From Clostridia bacterium 41_269 (GTDB taxonomy: Bacteria; Bacillota; DTU086): DNA of 64,000 bases. The notes below the pieces were generated by a model. It had not been told where the DNA came from, ran no database searches, and saw only the letters and a program-made list of their open reading frames with translations. The stretch covers positions 2,493 through 66,492 of the forward strand of contig LGEZ01000009.1 in NCBI GenBank assembly GCA_001508005.1, read 5' to 3'. The position numbers and the translations under genes are program-made. Shown one piece after another: positions 51,753-63,354 of this stretch. Positions within the stretch are counted from its first letter, which is position 1; the number at the start of each line of letters is the position of its first letter.

Positions 51753-51865
51753 AGGGGAAAAAGAGCAAAAATAAAAGAAAACTTGACTAGTTGTAATCTT
51801 TGACAGATAATTTAACTTAAAACGGATGATATAAAGGTTAAATATGGGAAAGCGGTGAATGGTGA

Positions 51866-53206
51866 TTGGGAGGGGGAGGTCTGCTTACCGTAAAAGATGT
51901 GGAACCCCAAAGCATTGCCGAAGAAGTAGGTATTGAACCGGGAGATATTTTAATAAGCATAAACGGTTCTCAAGTAAAAGATATAATTGATTATTATTAC
52001 CTAACTTCTGAAGAGCTTTTGGATATAGAAATAAAAAAATCTACTGGCAGCATCTGGGCTTTAGAAATAGAAAAGGATCCTGATGAAGATCTGGGATTAA
52101 AGTTTAAAAATCATTTTCCTGGAGGTATACGAAGATGCAGCAATAACTGTATCTTTTGTTTTATAAACCAGCTGCCTCCAGGAATGAGAAAAAGCCTGTA
52201 TATAAAAGATGATGATTACCGTCATTCTTTTTTGTATGGCAACTACATTTCTTTAACCAATCTTAAACAGGAAGATTGGGAGCGAATTGCCAAATTTAAA
52301 CTCAGCCCCCTATACGTTTCTGTCCACACCACAAATCCTCGGCTGAGGGCCAAAATGATGCGCAACCCTGCAGCATCAAAAATAATGGGGCAGCTTAGTT
52401 ATCTTAGGGAAGCAGGAATTGCAGTTCATGCCCAGGTTGTTCTCTGTCCAGGCGTAAATGACGGTATGCAGCTGGAAAGGACTCTCCGGGATCTTTTTAC
52501 TTTTTGGCCCACGGTACTTTCCGTAGCAGTGGTTCCTGTAGGAGTAACAAAATATCAGAAGTATGAAAGCCCATTTTTCCCTGTTAATAAAGAAAAAGCC
52601 AGAGAAACTGTAGAGCTTGTGGAACAGCTGCAGAAAGAATTCAAAAAGACAGCGGGGACCAATTTTGTATTTCTAGCCGATGAATTTTATTTAAAAGCGG
52701 ATAAAACGCTGCCTCCTGCAGAATATTATGAGGATTTTCCTCAAATAGAAAATGGTGTGGGTTTGGTGCGCATTTTTTTGGATGATTTTAAAAAGCTGCT
52801 CAAAAAACTTCCTTCCCTCATAAATGAACGAAACACCGCAGTAATTACAGGTAAGGCTATGGAGAGTATTATGAAGGAACTTTGTGCAGAGCTGGAGAAT
52901 AGAGTGCGGGGACTTACAGCAGATGTTTTGGCGGTGGAGAACAGATTTTTTGGTACTACTGTGGATGTGGTGGGGCTTCTTACGGGTAGAGATATAGCTG
53001 CTGCTGTTAAAGAATATCTGGATAATAAAAGAGGAAAGGATATAGTGTTTCTGATACCCTCAGTTATGCTTAAAGGAGGTAAAAGTTTATTTTTAGATGG
53101 AATGTCAGTTAAGGATTTGCACCAGGTAACTGGGGCAGTTATAAAAGTGGTAGAAAATTCTGCCAGTGGTCTTATATCAGGGGCTCTGGGTCAGGAGGTA
53201 GGATAA
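51866..53206 (+). CDS. PDZ domain plus radical SAM (DUF512) protein
   Basis: N-terminal PDZ domain, then CSNNCIFC (CxxxCxxC) radical-SAM cluster motif. TTG start. Confidence 0.7.
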   Translation: MGGGGLLTVKDVEPQSIAEEVGIEPGDILISINGSQVKDIIDYYYLTSEELLDIEIKKSTGSIWALEIEKDPDEDLGLKFKNHFPGGIRRCSNNCIFCFINQLPPGMRKSLYIKDDDYRHSFLYGNYISLTNLKQEDWERIAKFKLSPLYVSVHTTNPRLRAKMMRNPAASKIMGQLSYLREAGIAVHAQVVLCPGVNDGMQLERTLRDLFTFWPTVLSVAVVPVGVTKYQKYESPFFPVNKEKARETVELVEQLQKEFKKTAGTNFVFLADEFYLKADKTLPPAEYYEDFPQIENGVGLVRIFLDDFKKLLKKLPSLINERNTAVITGKAMESIMKELCAELENRVRGLTADVLAVENRFFGTTVDVVGLLTGRDIAAAVKEYLDNKRGKDIVFLIPSVMLKGGKSLFLDGMSVKDLHQVTGAVIKVVENSASGLISGALGQEVG

Positions 53207-54522
53207 TGGCAAAGCCGGTAGTAGCAATTGTAGGTAGGGCCAATGTGGGCAAATCAACATTGTTCAACAGAATAACTGGGGGAAGAGTTTCTATTGTGGA
53301 GAACACACCCGGAGTTACTAGAGATAGGGTATATAGAGACGTGGAATGGACAGGAGTAAAATTTACAATTGTGGATACCGGGGGTATTGAAATTCGCGAC
53401 CAGGATGATATAATCGGCAATCAGGTTAGGCGCCACGCTCAGATAGCTGCTGAAGAAGCTGATGTTTTGATATTCTTAGTGGATGCAAAAACAGGGATTA
53501 CCAGAGAAGATGAAGTTGTTGCTAAAACACTTCTTAAAAGCTCTAAGCCAGTTGTCCTTGCTGTAAATAAAGTTGATGATCCTTTGAGGGAAAATGAAGT
53601 TTACGATTTTTATAAGCTTGGTCTTGGAGAACCCATAGCTATTTCTGCTGAGCATGGAATTAATATTGGGGATCTTTTGGATAGGGTTGTATCCTTTATA
53701 AAGGACAAAAAAGTGGAAGAGGAATATGAAGGAGATGCAGTAAAAGTTGCCGTAGTAGGAAGGCCCAATGTGGGAAAATCATCCTTAGTAAACAGACTTC
53801 TCGGCACCGAAAGAGTTATTGTCAGCGATATACCAGGAACTACCCGTGATGCAGTGGATACCTTCTTTAAACGGGGCGATAAGTCATATGTGCTCATAGA
53901 TACTGCTGGTATACGCAGAAAGTCAAGGATTACGGATACCACTGAAAAGTACAGCGTGAATCGTGCTTTTAAGGCTGTTCAGAGGGCGGATGTTGTTTTG
54001 GTTGTTATAGATGCTGCTGAAGGGGTGACGGATCAGGATAAACGCATTGCCGGGTTTGCTCATGAAGCTGGTAAAGCAGTCATTATAATCGTAAATAAAT
54101 GGGATCTTATTGAAAAAGATGAACGGACCATGGAATATTATGATGCATATCTTAGAAAAGAGCTGAGTTTTATTTCTTATGCTCCAAGTCTGTATGTTTC
54201 AGCCCTTACAAATCAAAGGGTTCCAAAAATTTTTGATCTCATAGATTTTGTTGCAGAGCAGGCCAGTTTAAGGGTTCAAACGAGCAAAATAAACGCGCTG
54301 CTGCAGGAGGCCTTTATAAAACATCCTCCTCCCTCATATAAAGGGAAGCGGCTGAAATTATATTATGCTACCCAGGTTAAAGTTCAGCCGCCTACATTTT
54401 TAATGTTTGTGAATGACCCGAATTTGATACCCACTGCATACCGCCGTTATCTTGAAAACAGCATACGTAAGGAATTCGGTTTTGAGGGTACACCCATTCG
54501 AATTGTGGCTAAGAAAAAATAG
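53206..54522 (+). CDS. der: ribosome biogenesis GTPase Der (EngA)
   Basis: Two tandem G domains (GRANVGKST and GRPNVGKSS P-loops) plus a KH-like C-terminus. Confidence 0.9.
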   Translation: MAKPVVAIVGRANVGKSTLFNRITGGRVSIVENTPGVTRDRVYRDVEWTGVKFTIVDTGGIEIRDQDDIIGNQVRRHAQIAAEEADVLIFLVDAKTGITREDEVVAKTLLKSSKPVVLAVNKVDDPLRENEVYDFYKLGLGEPIAISAEHGINIGDLLDRVVSFIKDKKVEEEYEGDAVKVAVVGRPNVGKSSLVNRLLGTERVIVSDIPGTTRDAVDTFFKRGDKSYVLIDTAGIRRKSRITDTTEKYSVNRAFKAVQRADVVLVVIDAAEGVTDQDKRIAGFAHEAGKAVIIIVNKWDLIEKDERTMEYYDAYLRKELSFISYAPSLYVSALTNQRVPKIFDLIDFVAEQASLRVQTSKINALLQEAFIKHPPPSYKGKRLKLYYATQVKVQPPTFLMFVNDPNLIPTAYRRYLENSIRKEFGFEGTPIRIVAKKK

Positions 54523-54551
54523 GCTGGAAAATTTCCTCTGGGGGTTAATTT

Positions 54552-55145
54552 ATGAAGCTGGCATTTATTATCATTTTAAATTACCTAGTAGGATCCATTC
54601 CCTTTGCGTATATTGCAGGAAAAGTACTAAAAGGGATTGATATCAGGGAATATGGCAGCGGAAATGTGGGGGCTACCAACGCATTTCGAGTTTTGGGAAC
54701 TGGACCAGGAATTTTTGTCTTTGCAGCGGATACCCTAAAAGGTGTTTTCGGGGTATACCTAGCGAAAATGTTTCTTGCTGATCTCTGGCTTGTTGTTGCA
54801 GCTTCTCTAGCAGTTATTATTGGGCATTCATATTCAGTTTTTTTAGGATTTAAAGGGGGACGGGGAGTAGCTACGGGAGCAGGTATTATTCTTTCCCTTT
54901 CACCCCGTGTTCTGTTGCTGGCACTGATATTGTTTGTTATTATTGTCTTAACGACCAAATATGTTTCTTTGGGGTCCATAACTGCAGCTTTTTCACTTCC
55001 CATTTTAATGTTTATTTTTAACGAACCAGCTCCCATTAAGCTGCTGGGCTTCGCAGCTGCTGTGCTGGTTATCTACCGGCATAAACCAAACATTAAGCGT
55101 TTACTGGAAGGGACCGAAAGTAAAATTACCGACAGATTTCGGTGA
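54552..55145 (+). CDS. plsY: glycerol-3-phosphate acyltransferase PlsY
   Basis: 197 aa membrane protein with GSGNVGATN motif. Confidence 0.85.
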   Translation: MKLAFIIILNYLVGSIPFAYIAGKVLKGIDIREYGSGNVGATNAFRVLGTGPGIFVFAADTLKGVFGVYLAKMFLADLWLVVAASLAVIIGHSYSVFLGFKGGRGVATGAGIILSLSPRVLLLALILFVIIVLTTKYVSLGSITAAFSLPILMFIFNEPAPIKLLGFAAAVLVIYRHKPNIKRLLEGTESKITDRFR

Positions 55146-55161
55146 TTAATGTGAGGGGAGT

Positions 55162-56202
55162 ATGCCATTGAGGAAGGTAGCAGTACTTGGGGCGGGAAGT
55201 TGGGGTACTGCCCTGGCTATTACCTTAGCCGGCAAGGGTTTTAAGGTAATGCTTTGGGCAAGAAAAAGTGAAGATGCGGAAATGCTCAACCAAAAAAGAG
55301 AAAATTTAAAATATTTAAAGGGATGCTTAATTCCTGATAATGTTGAGGCCACTTCCAACCTAGAAAAAGCGCTGGAAGGTGCAGAAGCTGTAGTATTAAG
55401 TGTTCCTTCTCATGCAGTAAGGGAAGTGGTAAGAAAATGCAGAAAAAAAATTGAAAGGGAAGCAGTACTGATAAATACAGCAAAGGGGCTTGAACTGGAG
55501 ACATTGAAAAGGCTTACAGAAGTGATGAAAGAAGAACTGCCAGATTATTTAGGAGAAAGGATTGCAGTTCTTTCAGGTCCCAGCCATGCTGAAGAAGTGG
55601 GAGTTGGTATGCCTACAACGGTGGTTGCTTCAGCATACAATAATCAGGTTGCTGAATATGTACAGGATTTATTTATTACCAGCAGGTTTAGGGTATATAC
55701 CAATCCAGATGTTATCGGAGTGGAATTAGGTGGTGCTTTAAAAAACGTCATTGCCCTGGCTACAGGGATATCCGATGGTCTTGGTTTTGGTGACAATACC
55801 AGGGCTGCGCTGATGACACGGGGGATTGCAGAAATAAGCAGGCTGGGGATTAGAATGGGTGCAAGCCCGTTAACCTTTGCAGGACTTGCTGGAATTGGAG
55901 ATTTAATAGTTACCTGTACCAGCAGGCACAGCCGAAACAGGCGTGCTGGGATTCAGCTGGGGCAGGGTAAAAAACTTGATGAAGTGTTGGAGGATATGGG
56001 AATGGTGGTAGAAGGGGTTAAGACCACTAAAGCAGCTTATGAACTGTCCCGCAGATATGGAGTGGAAATGCCCATAACAGAACAGGTCTACGGAGTTCTT
56101 TTTGAAGGGCGTGACCCCAAAAAAGGCGTAAATAAACTTATGGGCAGAGTAAAAACTAAAGAAGTGGAAGAAGTGGTTCTGTACAGGCAAAAATGGCAGT
56201 GA
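55162..56202 (+). CDS. gpsA: NAD(P)H-dependent glycerol-3-phosphate dehydrogenase
   Basis: [14 protein letters not shown] Rossmann motif. GpsA length. Confidence 0.9.
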   Translation: MPLRKVAVLGAGSWGTALAITLAGKGFKVMLWARKSEDAEMLNQKRENLKYLKGCLIPDNVEATSNLEKALEGAEAVVLSVPSHAVREVVRKCRKKIEREAVLINTAKGLELETLKRLTEVMKEELPDYLGERIAVLSGPSHAEEVGVGMPTTVVASAYNNQVAEYVQDLFITSRFRVYTNPDVIGVELGGALKNVIALATGISDGLGFGDNTRAALMTRGIAEISRLGIRMGASPLTFAGLAGIGDLIVTCTSRHSRNRRAGIQLGQGKKLDEVLEDMGMVVEGVKTTKAAYELSRRYGVEMPITEQVYGVLFEGRDPKKGVNKLMGRVKTKEVEEVVLYRQKWQ

Positions 56203-56310
56203 TAAAAGCTGCCTTTTTTATTTTTATTATCTTTTCTGAAACCTCTCATGATTTTTTCGCCTGAAATTTTTCCAGGTTATTTAAAAAAATCTTTTTATAG
56301 GTCTTTTTTA

Positions 56311-56345
56311 GGTAATATTCGGAATTTCCTTTCATATATATATGT
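56311..56345 (+). promoter_or_regulatory. candidate sigma-E-type promoter for spoIVA
   Basis: AATATT followed 13 nt later by CATATATA, resembling the sigma-E -35 ATATT / -10 CATACA-T consensus. Confidence 0.3.
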
Positions 56346-56503
56346 AACGTTAATAAGTGCCAAATACAGGAACCAAAAATGATAGAACACCAATGAACTG
56401 TTTTGTGATTAATCCTTTAAAGGAGGGATAGGGTGCTGTGAACTGTTTTTTCTGCATCTTTCTTTATATTCATCCAATTCATATAGGGGGAGGGAACTGC
56501 TGA

Positions 56504-57982
56504 ATGGAAAATTATGACATCTTCCGGGATATAGCTGAAAGAACAGGGGGAGATATTTATATTGGAGTAGTAGGTCCTGTTAGAACCGGTAAATCCACTT
56601 TTATAAAGAGATTTATGGATCTTTTGGTAATACCAAATATTAAAAATCCCAATGTTAGGGAACGGGCAATAGATGAGCTCCCCCAGAGCGGTGCAGGAAA
56701 AACCATAACCACAACAGAGCCTAAATTTGTCCCCGATGAAGCCGTTGAAGTAGAAATTAAGGAAGGCTTAAAAATTAAGGTAAGGCTGGTGGACTGTGTA
56801 GGTTACACCGCTGAAGGTGCTTTGGGCTATGAAGAAGAGAATGGACCCCGTATGGTGAAAACTCCTTGGTCCGATGAAGAAATGCCCTTCCAGGAAGCTG
56901 CAGAAATGGGCACCCGCAAAGTAATTGAGGATCATTCAACTATAGGGATTGTGGTTACCACAGATGGCAGCATTACGGAGATACCCCGCGAAAACTATGT
57001 AGGAGCCGAAGAGCGGGTTATTTGGGAATTGAAGGAGCTGGGCAAGCCTTTTATTGTGATTTTAAACTCTGTCCATCCTATGCGGCAGGATACTGTGGAG
57101 CTTGCCCATGAACTTGAAGAGCGGTATGATGTGCCTGTTCTTCCACTTAATTGCCTTAAAATGGAAGAAAAAGACATTTTAGGCATTTTAGAAGAAGTGC
57201 TCTATGAATTCCCTATAGCAGAAGTTAATATTAACCTGCCCAAATGGATTGAAGAATTGGACAGTGATCACTGGCTGCGCCAAAAATTCGAGGAAGCCGT
57301 CCGCTCAGCTGTTGCTGATGTACAGCGTCTGAGAGATATAGACGAAGCTGTGGAAAATTTGGCTCAGTGCGAATATGCTGGCAGAGTTGCACTTAGAGAA
57401 ATGAATCTGGGAACTGGAGCTGCTACAATTCAGGTTAAATCTAAAGATGGTTTATTCTATAAAGTTTTGGAAGAAGCAACGGGCTTTGATATTGAAGGAG
57501 AGCACAAACTTCTCAAATTAATGAAGGAACTTGCTGTTGCCAAACGGGAATATGATAAGATTGCTTTTGGACTGCAGGAAGTTAGGTCAACTGGTTATGG
57601 TGTGGTTATTCCCACAGTTGATGAAATTGTTTTGGAAGAACCGGAAATAATGAAACAGGGCGGCCGTTCAGGAGTAAAGCTAAAGGCAACAGCTCCATCA
57701 TATCATTTAATAAGAGCAGACATAAGCACTGAAATAACACCCCTAATAGGTACAGAGAAGCAGTGTGAGGAATTGGTGCAGTGGATACTTGAAGAGTTTG
57801 AAGACAATCCAGAGAAGATCTGGGAGACAAATATTTTCGGCAAATCCCTGCATGATCTGGTAAGGGAAGGAATTCAAAGCAAACTGTACAGGATGCCAGA
57901 AAATGCCCAGATAAAACTTCAGGAAACTTTAGAAAGAATAATAAATGATGGTGGCGGGGGTCTAATATGCATCATTATTTAA
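56504..57982 (+). CDS. spoIVA: stage IV sporulation protein A (spore coat morphogenetic ATPase)
   Basis: 492 aa. N-terminal Walker A GVVGPVRTGKSTFIKRF and highly conserved SpoIVA N-terminus. Confidence 0.9.
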   Translation: MENYDIFRDIAERTGGDIYIGVVGPVRTGKSTFIKRFMDLLVIPNIKNPNVRERAIDELPQSGAGKTITTTEPKFVPDEAVEVEIKEGLKIKVRLVDCVGYTAEGALGYEEENGPRMVKTPWSDEEMPFQEAAEMGTRKVIEDHSTIGIVVTTDGSITEIPRENYVGAEERVIWELKELGKPFIVILNSVHPMRQDTVELAHELEERYDVPVLPLNCLKMEEKDILGILEEVLYEFPIAEVNINLPKWIEELDSDHWLRQKFEEAVRSAVADVQRLRDIDEAVENLAQCEYAGRVALREMNLGTGAATIQVKSKDGLFYKVLEEATGFDIEGEHKLLKLMKELAVAKREYDKIAFGLQEVRSTGYGVVIPTVDEIVLEEPEIMKQGGRSGVKLKATAPSYHLIRADISTEITPLIGTEKQCEELVQWILEEFEDNPEKIWETNIFGKSLHDLVREGIQSKLYRMPENAQIKLQETLERIINDGGGGLICIII

Positions 57983-58145
57983 AGTCGGTTTTAAAACCGG
58001 CTTTTATTTTTTATGAAATCATAAGTATAATAGAGAAAAAACCATAGATGAAGGCAGGATTATTATTTTTTTTGGAGTAAGCATAAATATTGGACTATGA
58101 CAATTTTTTTTTTGCTGCTGTAAAATGTCTACCGTATGAAGAAAA

Positions 58146-58634
58146 ATGTTTTTTTCAGATAGACTTATGCTGCAGGGGGGAGTCCCTTTGCCCAAGGAAG
58201 AGGAAAGATATTTTTTAGTAAAAAGCTCCATACTGCCTGAAGCGGTACGTAAAACAGTGGAGGCAAAGGAGCTTTTGGAACGCGGTGAGGCTTCCACGGT
58301 TAACGAAGCAGTGGCAAAGGTTGGTATAAGCAGGAGCGCTTACTACAAGTACAAAGATGGGGTTTTTCCATATTATGCTGCGAGCAGGGGTAAAATTGTC
58401 ACCATTGCACTTATTTTGGAGCACAGAGCAGGGATTCTCTCCGGGATACTAAATGCTCTTGCAAGGGAAGGAGCAAATATTCTAACCATAAACCAGAGCA
58501 TACCCCTTAGGGGTTTGGCTAATGTCAGTATTTCCATTGAAACAGCAGAAATGAAAACAGATTTAGAAAGCCTCCTTCTTACTCTTAGAAAAGCTGAGGG
58601 GGCAAGGAAAGTGGAAGTAGTGGGCCACAGTTAA
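58146..58634 (+). CDS. ACT domain-containing protein (UPF0735/PheB-like)
   Basis: RYFLVKSSILPEAVRKTVEAKELL...SRSAYYKYKD plus a C-terminal ACT fold. Start uncertain. Confidence 0.7.
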   Translation: MFFSDRLMLQGGVPLPKEEERYFLVKSSILPEAVRKTVEAKELLERGEASTVNEAVAKVGISRSAYYKYKDGVFPYYAASRGKIVTIALILEHRAGILSGILNALAREGANILTINQSIPLRGLANVSISIETAEMKTDLESLLLTLRKAEGARKVEVVGHS

Positions 58635-58666
58635 AAAATGTATTTTTAACGGCAGGTGATGTAAAA

Positions 58667-59965
58667 ATGAATGAAAATTCAATAAAAATAGGTCTTCTTG
58701 GTCTTGGAACCGTTGGAAGTGGAGTTGTTGAAGTGCTCAATAAAAACAGCTCTGTTATACAGAAAAAAGTGGGCAGAAAAATTGAGATTAAAGGAATCCT
58801 AGTAAGGGATAAAGCCAAAAAAAGAAACATTGATGTACCCCAGCATCTTCTAACCACAAATCCCGATGATATATTAGAGGATCCAGAAATAGATATTGTG
58901 GTTGAAGTTATGGGAACCATTGATTTTGCCCGGCGGTACATACTTAAAGCCTTTGAGAATAAAAAGTCCGTTGTTACTGCCAATAAAGATTTGATAGCCC
59001 TTCATGGGAAGGAGCTCTTTGAGGCTGCAGAAAAGGCAGGAAGGGACCTTTTCTTTGAAGCCAGTGTGGCAGGGGGAATACCCATTATCCGACCTTTAAA
59101 GGAATGCCTTTCCGGCAACAGGATTTCCAGAATAATGGGGATTATAAACGGCACAACTAATTACATATTGACAAAAATGAGCAGGGATAATATGGAGTTT
59201 AATGATGCCCTGGCTGAAGCCCAAAGGCTTGGTTATGCAGAATCAGATCCCACTGAGGATATTGAAGGTTTTGATGCGGCCCGCAAAATAGCCATACTTG
59301 CCTCCATTGCTTTTAATTCCAGGGTTACCTATAAAGATGTTTATGTGGAAGGTATTACCAAAATTAATTCCTATGACATTAGGTATGCAGAAGAGCTGGG
59401 CTATGCAGTAAAACTTCTGGGCATTGCAAAGGAAGTGGATGGGGAACTGGACGTGCGGGTACACCCTGTTTTTATCCCCACTTCTCACGCCTTAGCCGCA
59501 GTCAGCGACGAGTTTAACGCTATTTTTGTTGAGGGGGATGCTGTGGGTGAAGCAATGTTTTACGGAAAAGGTGCGGGGAAGCTGCCCACTGCCAGCGCTG
59601 TAATTGGAGACATAATTTCTGCATCAAGAAACATTATTTTCGGAATGCCCGGTAGGGTGGGCTGTACATGTTTTGACCATAAAAAAATAAAACCCATACA
59701 GGAAGTGGAGTCAAAGTTTTATCTGAGGCTTCTCGTAAAGGATCAGCCCGGTGTTCTGGCATCCATTGCCGGGGTTTTTGGAAATTCAAACGTAAGCATT
59801 GCTTCGGTTATTCAAAAAAGAATTGAAGGGGATATGGCAGAAATTGTTCTTGTTACCCACAGAGTTAAGGAAGCAAATCTCCGGGATGCTTTGAAAATTA
59901 TAGAAGGGCTTTCGGTAGTGGGAAACATAGGAAACGTAATTAGAGTCGAAGGGAGCGATACCTAA
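58667..59965 (+). CDS. hom: homoserine dehydrogenase
   Basis: [11 protein letters not shown] Rossmann motif, catalytic domain and C-terminal ACT domain. Confidence 0.9.
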   Translation: MNENSIKIGLLGLGTVGSGVVEVLNKNSSVIQKKVGRKIEIKGILVRDKAKKRNIDVPQHLLTTNPDDILEDPEIDIVVEVMGTIDFARRYILKAFENKKSVVTANKDLIALHGKELFEAAEKAGRDLFFEASVAGGIPIIRPLKECLSGNRISRIMGIINGTTNYILTKMSRDNMEFNDALAEAQRLGYAESDPTEDIEGFDAARKIAILASIAFNSRVTYKDVYVEGITKINSYDIRYAEELGYAVKLLGIAKEVDGELDVRVHPVFIPTSHALAAVSDEFNAIFVEGDAVGEAMFYGKGAGKLPTASAVIGDIISASRNIIFGMPGRVGCTCFDHKKIKPIQEVESKFYLRLLVKDQPGVLASIAGVFGNSNVSIASVIQKRIEGDMAEIVLVTHRVKEANLRDALKIIEGLSVVGNIGNVIRVEGSDT

Positions 59966-61017
59966 TGGTATGGCAGGGGGTAATTTCCCAGTATAAAGAC
60001 TATCTGCCCGTAACTGACAGAACACCCCTGATCAGCTTAAAAGAGGGGAATACCCCTCTCATTAAATCCCGGAGCATATCAGAAATGGTGGGTGCCTGTG
60101 TTTATTTTAAGTTTGAGGGGATGAATCCCACCGGTTCCTTTAAGGACCGCGGAATGGTTATGGCTGTTGCCAAGGCGCTGGAAGAGAACGCAAAGGCCGT
60201 TATGTGTGCTTCTACAGGCAACACCTCAGCCTCTGCAGCTGCATATGCGGCATTATGCGGATTAAAGTGTTCAGTTGTTATTCCTGAAGGAAACATTGCC
60301 CTGGGTAAACTTGCCCAGGCACTGATCTACGGTGCCAAGGTTATACCTATAAAGGGAAGCTTTGATGATGCGCTGAGAATTGTTAGAAGCATAACTGAAA
60401 AACACCCCATTACACTGGTAAACTCCATTAATCCATACCGCATCGAAGGTCAGAAAACGGCTGCTTTTGAAATCTGCGATGTTCTAGGTGAAGCACCCGA
60501 TTACCTGGCCATTCCTGTGGGAAATGCGGGAAATATAACGGCTTACTGGAAGGGTTTTGTGGAATACTATGAGGCTAAACAGGTGGGTAGAAAACCGATT
60601 ATGCTGGGCTTTCAGGCAGAAGGGGCTGCGCCCATTGTTCGGGGGCATGTGGTTGAAAATCCCCAGACCATTGCTACTGCTATCAGAATAGGAAACCCTG
60701 CCAGCTGGAAAGGAGCGGTTAAAGCAGCTCAGGAATCCGGGGGCATAATTGATATGGTTTCCGACGAGGAGATAATTGAAGCCTATAAACTGCTGGCTTC
60801 AACGGAAGGGATTTTTGCTGAACCAGCTTCTGCTGCTTCCGTAGCCGGCGTTTTAAAATATGCAAAAAAGGGATTTTTCAAGAAAAAGAATAAAATTGTC
60901 TGCGTTTTAACAGGACACGGTCTAAAAGATCCCGACAATGCCATAAAAAATGTTAAAGAACCTGTTTCAGTACCTGCAGATGAAGAGGCAGTGCTGGATG
61001 TCATTTACGGAGAATGA
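59965..61017 (+). CDS. thrC: threonine synthase
   Basis: PLP motif [16 protein letters not shown]. Confidence 0.9.
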   Translation: MVWQGVISQYKDYLPVTDRTPLISLKEGNTPLIKSRSISEMVGACVYFKFEGMNPTGSFKDRGMVMAVAKALEENAKAVMCASTGNTSASAAAYAALCGLKCSVVIPEGNIALGKLAQALIYGAKVIPIKGSFDDALRIVRSITEKHPITLVNSINPYRIEGQKTAAFEICDVLGEAPDYLAIPVGNAGNITAYWKGFVEYYEAKQVGRKPIMLGFQAEGAAPIVRGHVVENPQTIATAIRIGNPASWKGAVKAAQESGGIIDMVSDEEIIEAYKLLASTEGIFAEPASAASVAGVLKYAKKGFFKKKNKIVCVLTGHGLKDPDNAIKNVKEPVSVPADEEAVLDVIYGE

Positions 61018-61049
61018 AGTTTTAATTCAGTGAACGGAGGGAATTTTTC

Positions 61050-61976
61050 TTGACAAGGGTGAAGGTAAGGGTCCCTGCAACTAGTGCCAATTTAGGGCCT
61101 GGGTTCGACGTACTGGGCATGGCTTTGAATTTATACAACTTTATTGAAATGGAAGCAACAGACGGCGGGCTTGAAATTTTTGTAGAAGGGGAAGGGAAGG
61201 GAATTTTACCTGCAGACAGCCGCAGCATTGTATATGAAGTAGCCCAGAAAGTTTTTAAAACTGCAGGTTACAGCCCCAGGGGGATAAAAATTACCCTTAC
61301 AAACAGCATTCCCATTGCCAGAGGCCTTGGCAGCAGCGCTGCAGCTCTAATTGGGGGTGCTGTTGCTGCCAACGAGCTTTCCGGCGGAAAGCTTTCCCTG
61401 GAGGAATTAATTAATATTGCTTCGAGAATGGAAGGCCATCCAGATAATGTGGTGCCTGCAGCAGTGGGAGGGTTTACCATCTGTATAAATACGGAAAAGG
61501 ACGGTATAATTTTTAGGAAAATCGACCCTCCCAAGGTATATGCCGTGGCGGCTGTTCCATTTTTTGAACTGGCCACTAAAAAAGCAAGGAATGTGCTACC
61601 CAAAATGGTTTCCATGGGAGATGCAGTTTTCAACATTGGAAGGTCAAGCCTTCTTGTATATGCTTTACAGAAGGGAGAGTTTCAGCTTTTAAAAGATGTG
61701 ATGCAGGACAGGCTGCACCAGCCCTATCGGGTTTCATTGGTTCCTGGTTTGGAAGGGGTTTTTGAAGCAGCCCTTGATGCTGGAGCACTGGGAGTATTCC
61801 TCAGCGGTGCAGGACCAACGGTCATTGCATTGGTACAGGAAAAGGACCATATTGGCAGAATTAAATATTCCATGAAAGAGGCTTTTTCGAAGCATGGAGT
61901 TGACTGCCGCCTGCTGGAGCTGGAACCTGATGCCCATGGGGCAGTAATAATGGAAAATGATGGGGGTATTGTCTGA
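61050..61976 (+). CDS. thrB: homoserine kinase
   Basis: GHMP kinase motif [14 protein letters not shown] start. Confidence 0.85.
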   Translation: MTRVKVRVPATSANLGPGFDVLGMALNLYNFIEMEATDGGLEIFVEGEGKGILPADSRSIVYEVAQKVFKTAGYSPRGIKITLTNSIPIARGLGSSAAALIGGAVAANELSGGKLSLEELINIASRMEGHPDNVVPAAVGGFTICINTEKDGIIFRKIDPPKVYAVAAVPFFELATKKARNVLPKMVSMGDAVFNIGRSSLLVYALQKGEFQLLKDVMQDRLHQPYRVSLVPGLEGVFEAALDAGALGVFLSGAGPTVIALVQEKDHIGRIKYSMKEAFSKHGVDCRLLELEPDAHGAVIMENDGGIV

Positions 61977-61977
61977 A

Positions 61978-63216
61978 ATGGGGATAGTTGTTCAAAAATA
62001 CGGCGGTACTTCAGTGGGAAATCCCGAAAGAATTAAAAGGGTTGCAAAAAGGATAATAGAGTGCAGGAAAGCCGGCAACATGGTTGTTGCTGTAGTCTCT
62101 GCTTTGGGAGATACCACGGATAAGTTAATTGAACTTGCAAAACAGATAACCGATTCTCCGCCGGAAAGGGAAATGGACATGCTCCTTTCCACTGGGGAAC
62201 AGGTATCCATTGCTCTTCTGGCTATGGCTATAAAGTCAATGGGATGGGATGTAATATCCCTTACAGGTGCCCAGGTGGGGATACTTACCAATAATGTTCA
62301 CACCAAGGCTAAAATTATAGAAGTGAGCTGTGAAAGGCTGAAAAAAGAGCTTAATGAGGGTAAAATAGTTATCGTTGCTGGTTTCCAGGGGGTTACCTGT
62401 GATAATGAGATCACTACTCTGGGAAGAGGGGGATCTGATACCACTGCCGTTGCTGTGGCTGCTGCTTTGAAGGCGGATGTCTGCGAGATTTATACAGATG
62501 TGGACGGCGTTTACACAACGGATCCCCGCATGATACCTGAAGCACGGAAGCTGGATGTAATAACATATGATGAAATGCTTGAGATGGCAAGTTTAGGAGC
62601 CGGGGTTCTCCAGCCCAGGGCTGTTGAATTTGCTAAATTAAACAACGTTGTCCTGCACGTTCGTTCCAGTTTCAACTACAATGAAGGCACAATAGTTAAG
62701 GGGGAGAAAGAAGTGAGCGACAGCGGCATCCATAGAGAAAAGGAAATGGTGGTTACCGGAGTTGCTTATGATCTCAATACTGCCCGCATAGGCCTTTTTG
62801 ACGTGCCTGACAAACCGGGTATTGCAAAGAAAATCTTTACTGCCCTTGCAGAAAAAAACATAAACGTGGACATGATTATCCAGGGAGCAACCAGAAACGG
62901 CAGAACGGATATATCCTTTACCGTTGCAGAGGATGATGCGGATAAGGCTCTGGAAGTAATGAAGGAAATAGTAGAAGAAATTGGTATAAGCGGTGTTTCG
63001 TGTGATAAAGATGTGGCCAAAGTTTCCATTGTGGGGGCGGGTATGATAACCAATCCCGGAGTTGCAGCGGCCATGTTCCAGGCCCTGGCCGACGAAAATA
63101 TTAACGTCCAAATGATCAGTACATCGGAAATCAAAGTTTCCTGTATCATCAATAAAAAGGATACTGAGAAAGCGGTTAAGTCCATTCATAAAAAGTTTAA
63201 CTTAGAAGGAAATTAA
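61978..63216 (+). CDS. aspartate kinase (monofunctional, two ACT domains)
   Basis: [11 protein letters not shown]-terminal kinase motif and tandem ACT domains. Start at ATG 61978. Confidence 0.9.
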   Translation: MGIVVQKYGGTSVGNPERIKRVAKRIIECRKAGNMVVAVVSALGDTTDKLIELAKQITDSPPEREMDMLLSTGEQVSIALLAMAIKSMGWDVISLTGAQVGILTNNVHTKAKIIEVSCERLKKELNEGKIVIVAGFQGVTCDNEITTLGRGGSDTTAVAVAAALKADVCEIYTDVDGVYTTDPRMIPEARKLDVITYDEMLEMASLGAGVLQPRAVEFAKLNNVVLHVRSSFNYNEGTIVKGEKEVSDSGIHREKEMVVTGVAYDLNTARIGLFDVPDKPGIAKKIFTALAEKNINVDMIIQGATRNGRTDISFTVAEDDADKALEVMKEIVEEIGISGVSCDKDVAKVSIVGAGMITNPGVAAAMFQALADENINVQMISTSEIKVSCIINKKDTEKAVKSIHKKFNLEGN

Positions 63217-63244
63217 CTGGGATATAAAGATATGTTTTTTATAA

Positions 63245-63276
63245 GCTTGGATACCTTGTCCAAGCTTTTTTATTTT
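63245..63276 (+). terminator. rho-independent terminator after aspartate kinase
   Basis: GCTTGGA-taccttg-TCCAAGC followed by TTTTTTATTTTT. Confidence 0.75.
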
Positions 63277-63354
63277 TAAAAATTTTTTAATTTTTTTCTT
63301 GAGATAAACAAAAATTTACTTATAATTTTTTATAAATCTAAAGGAGCATAGAAA

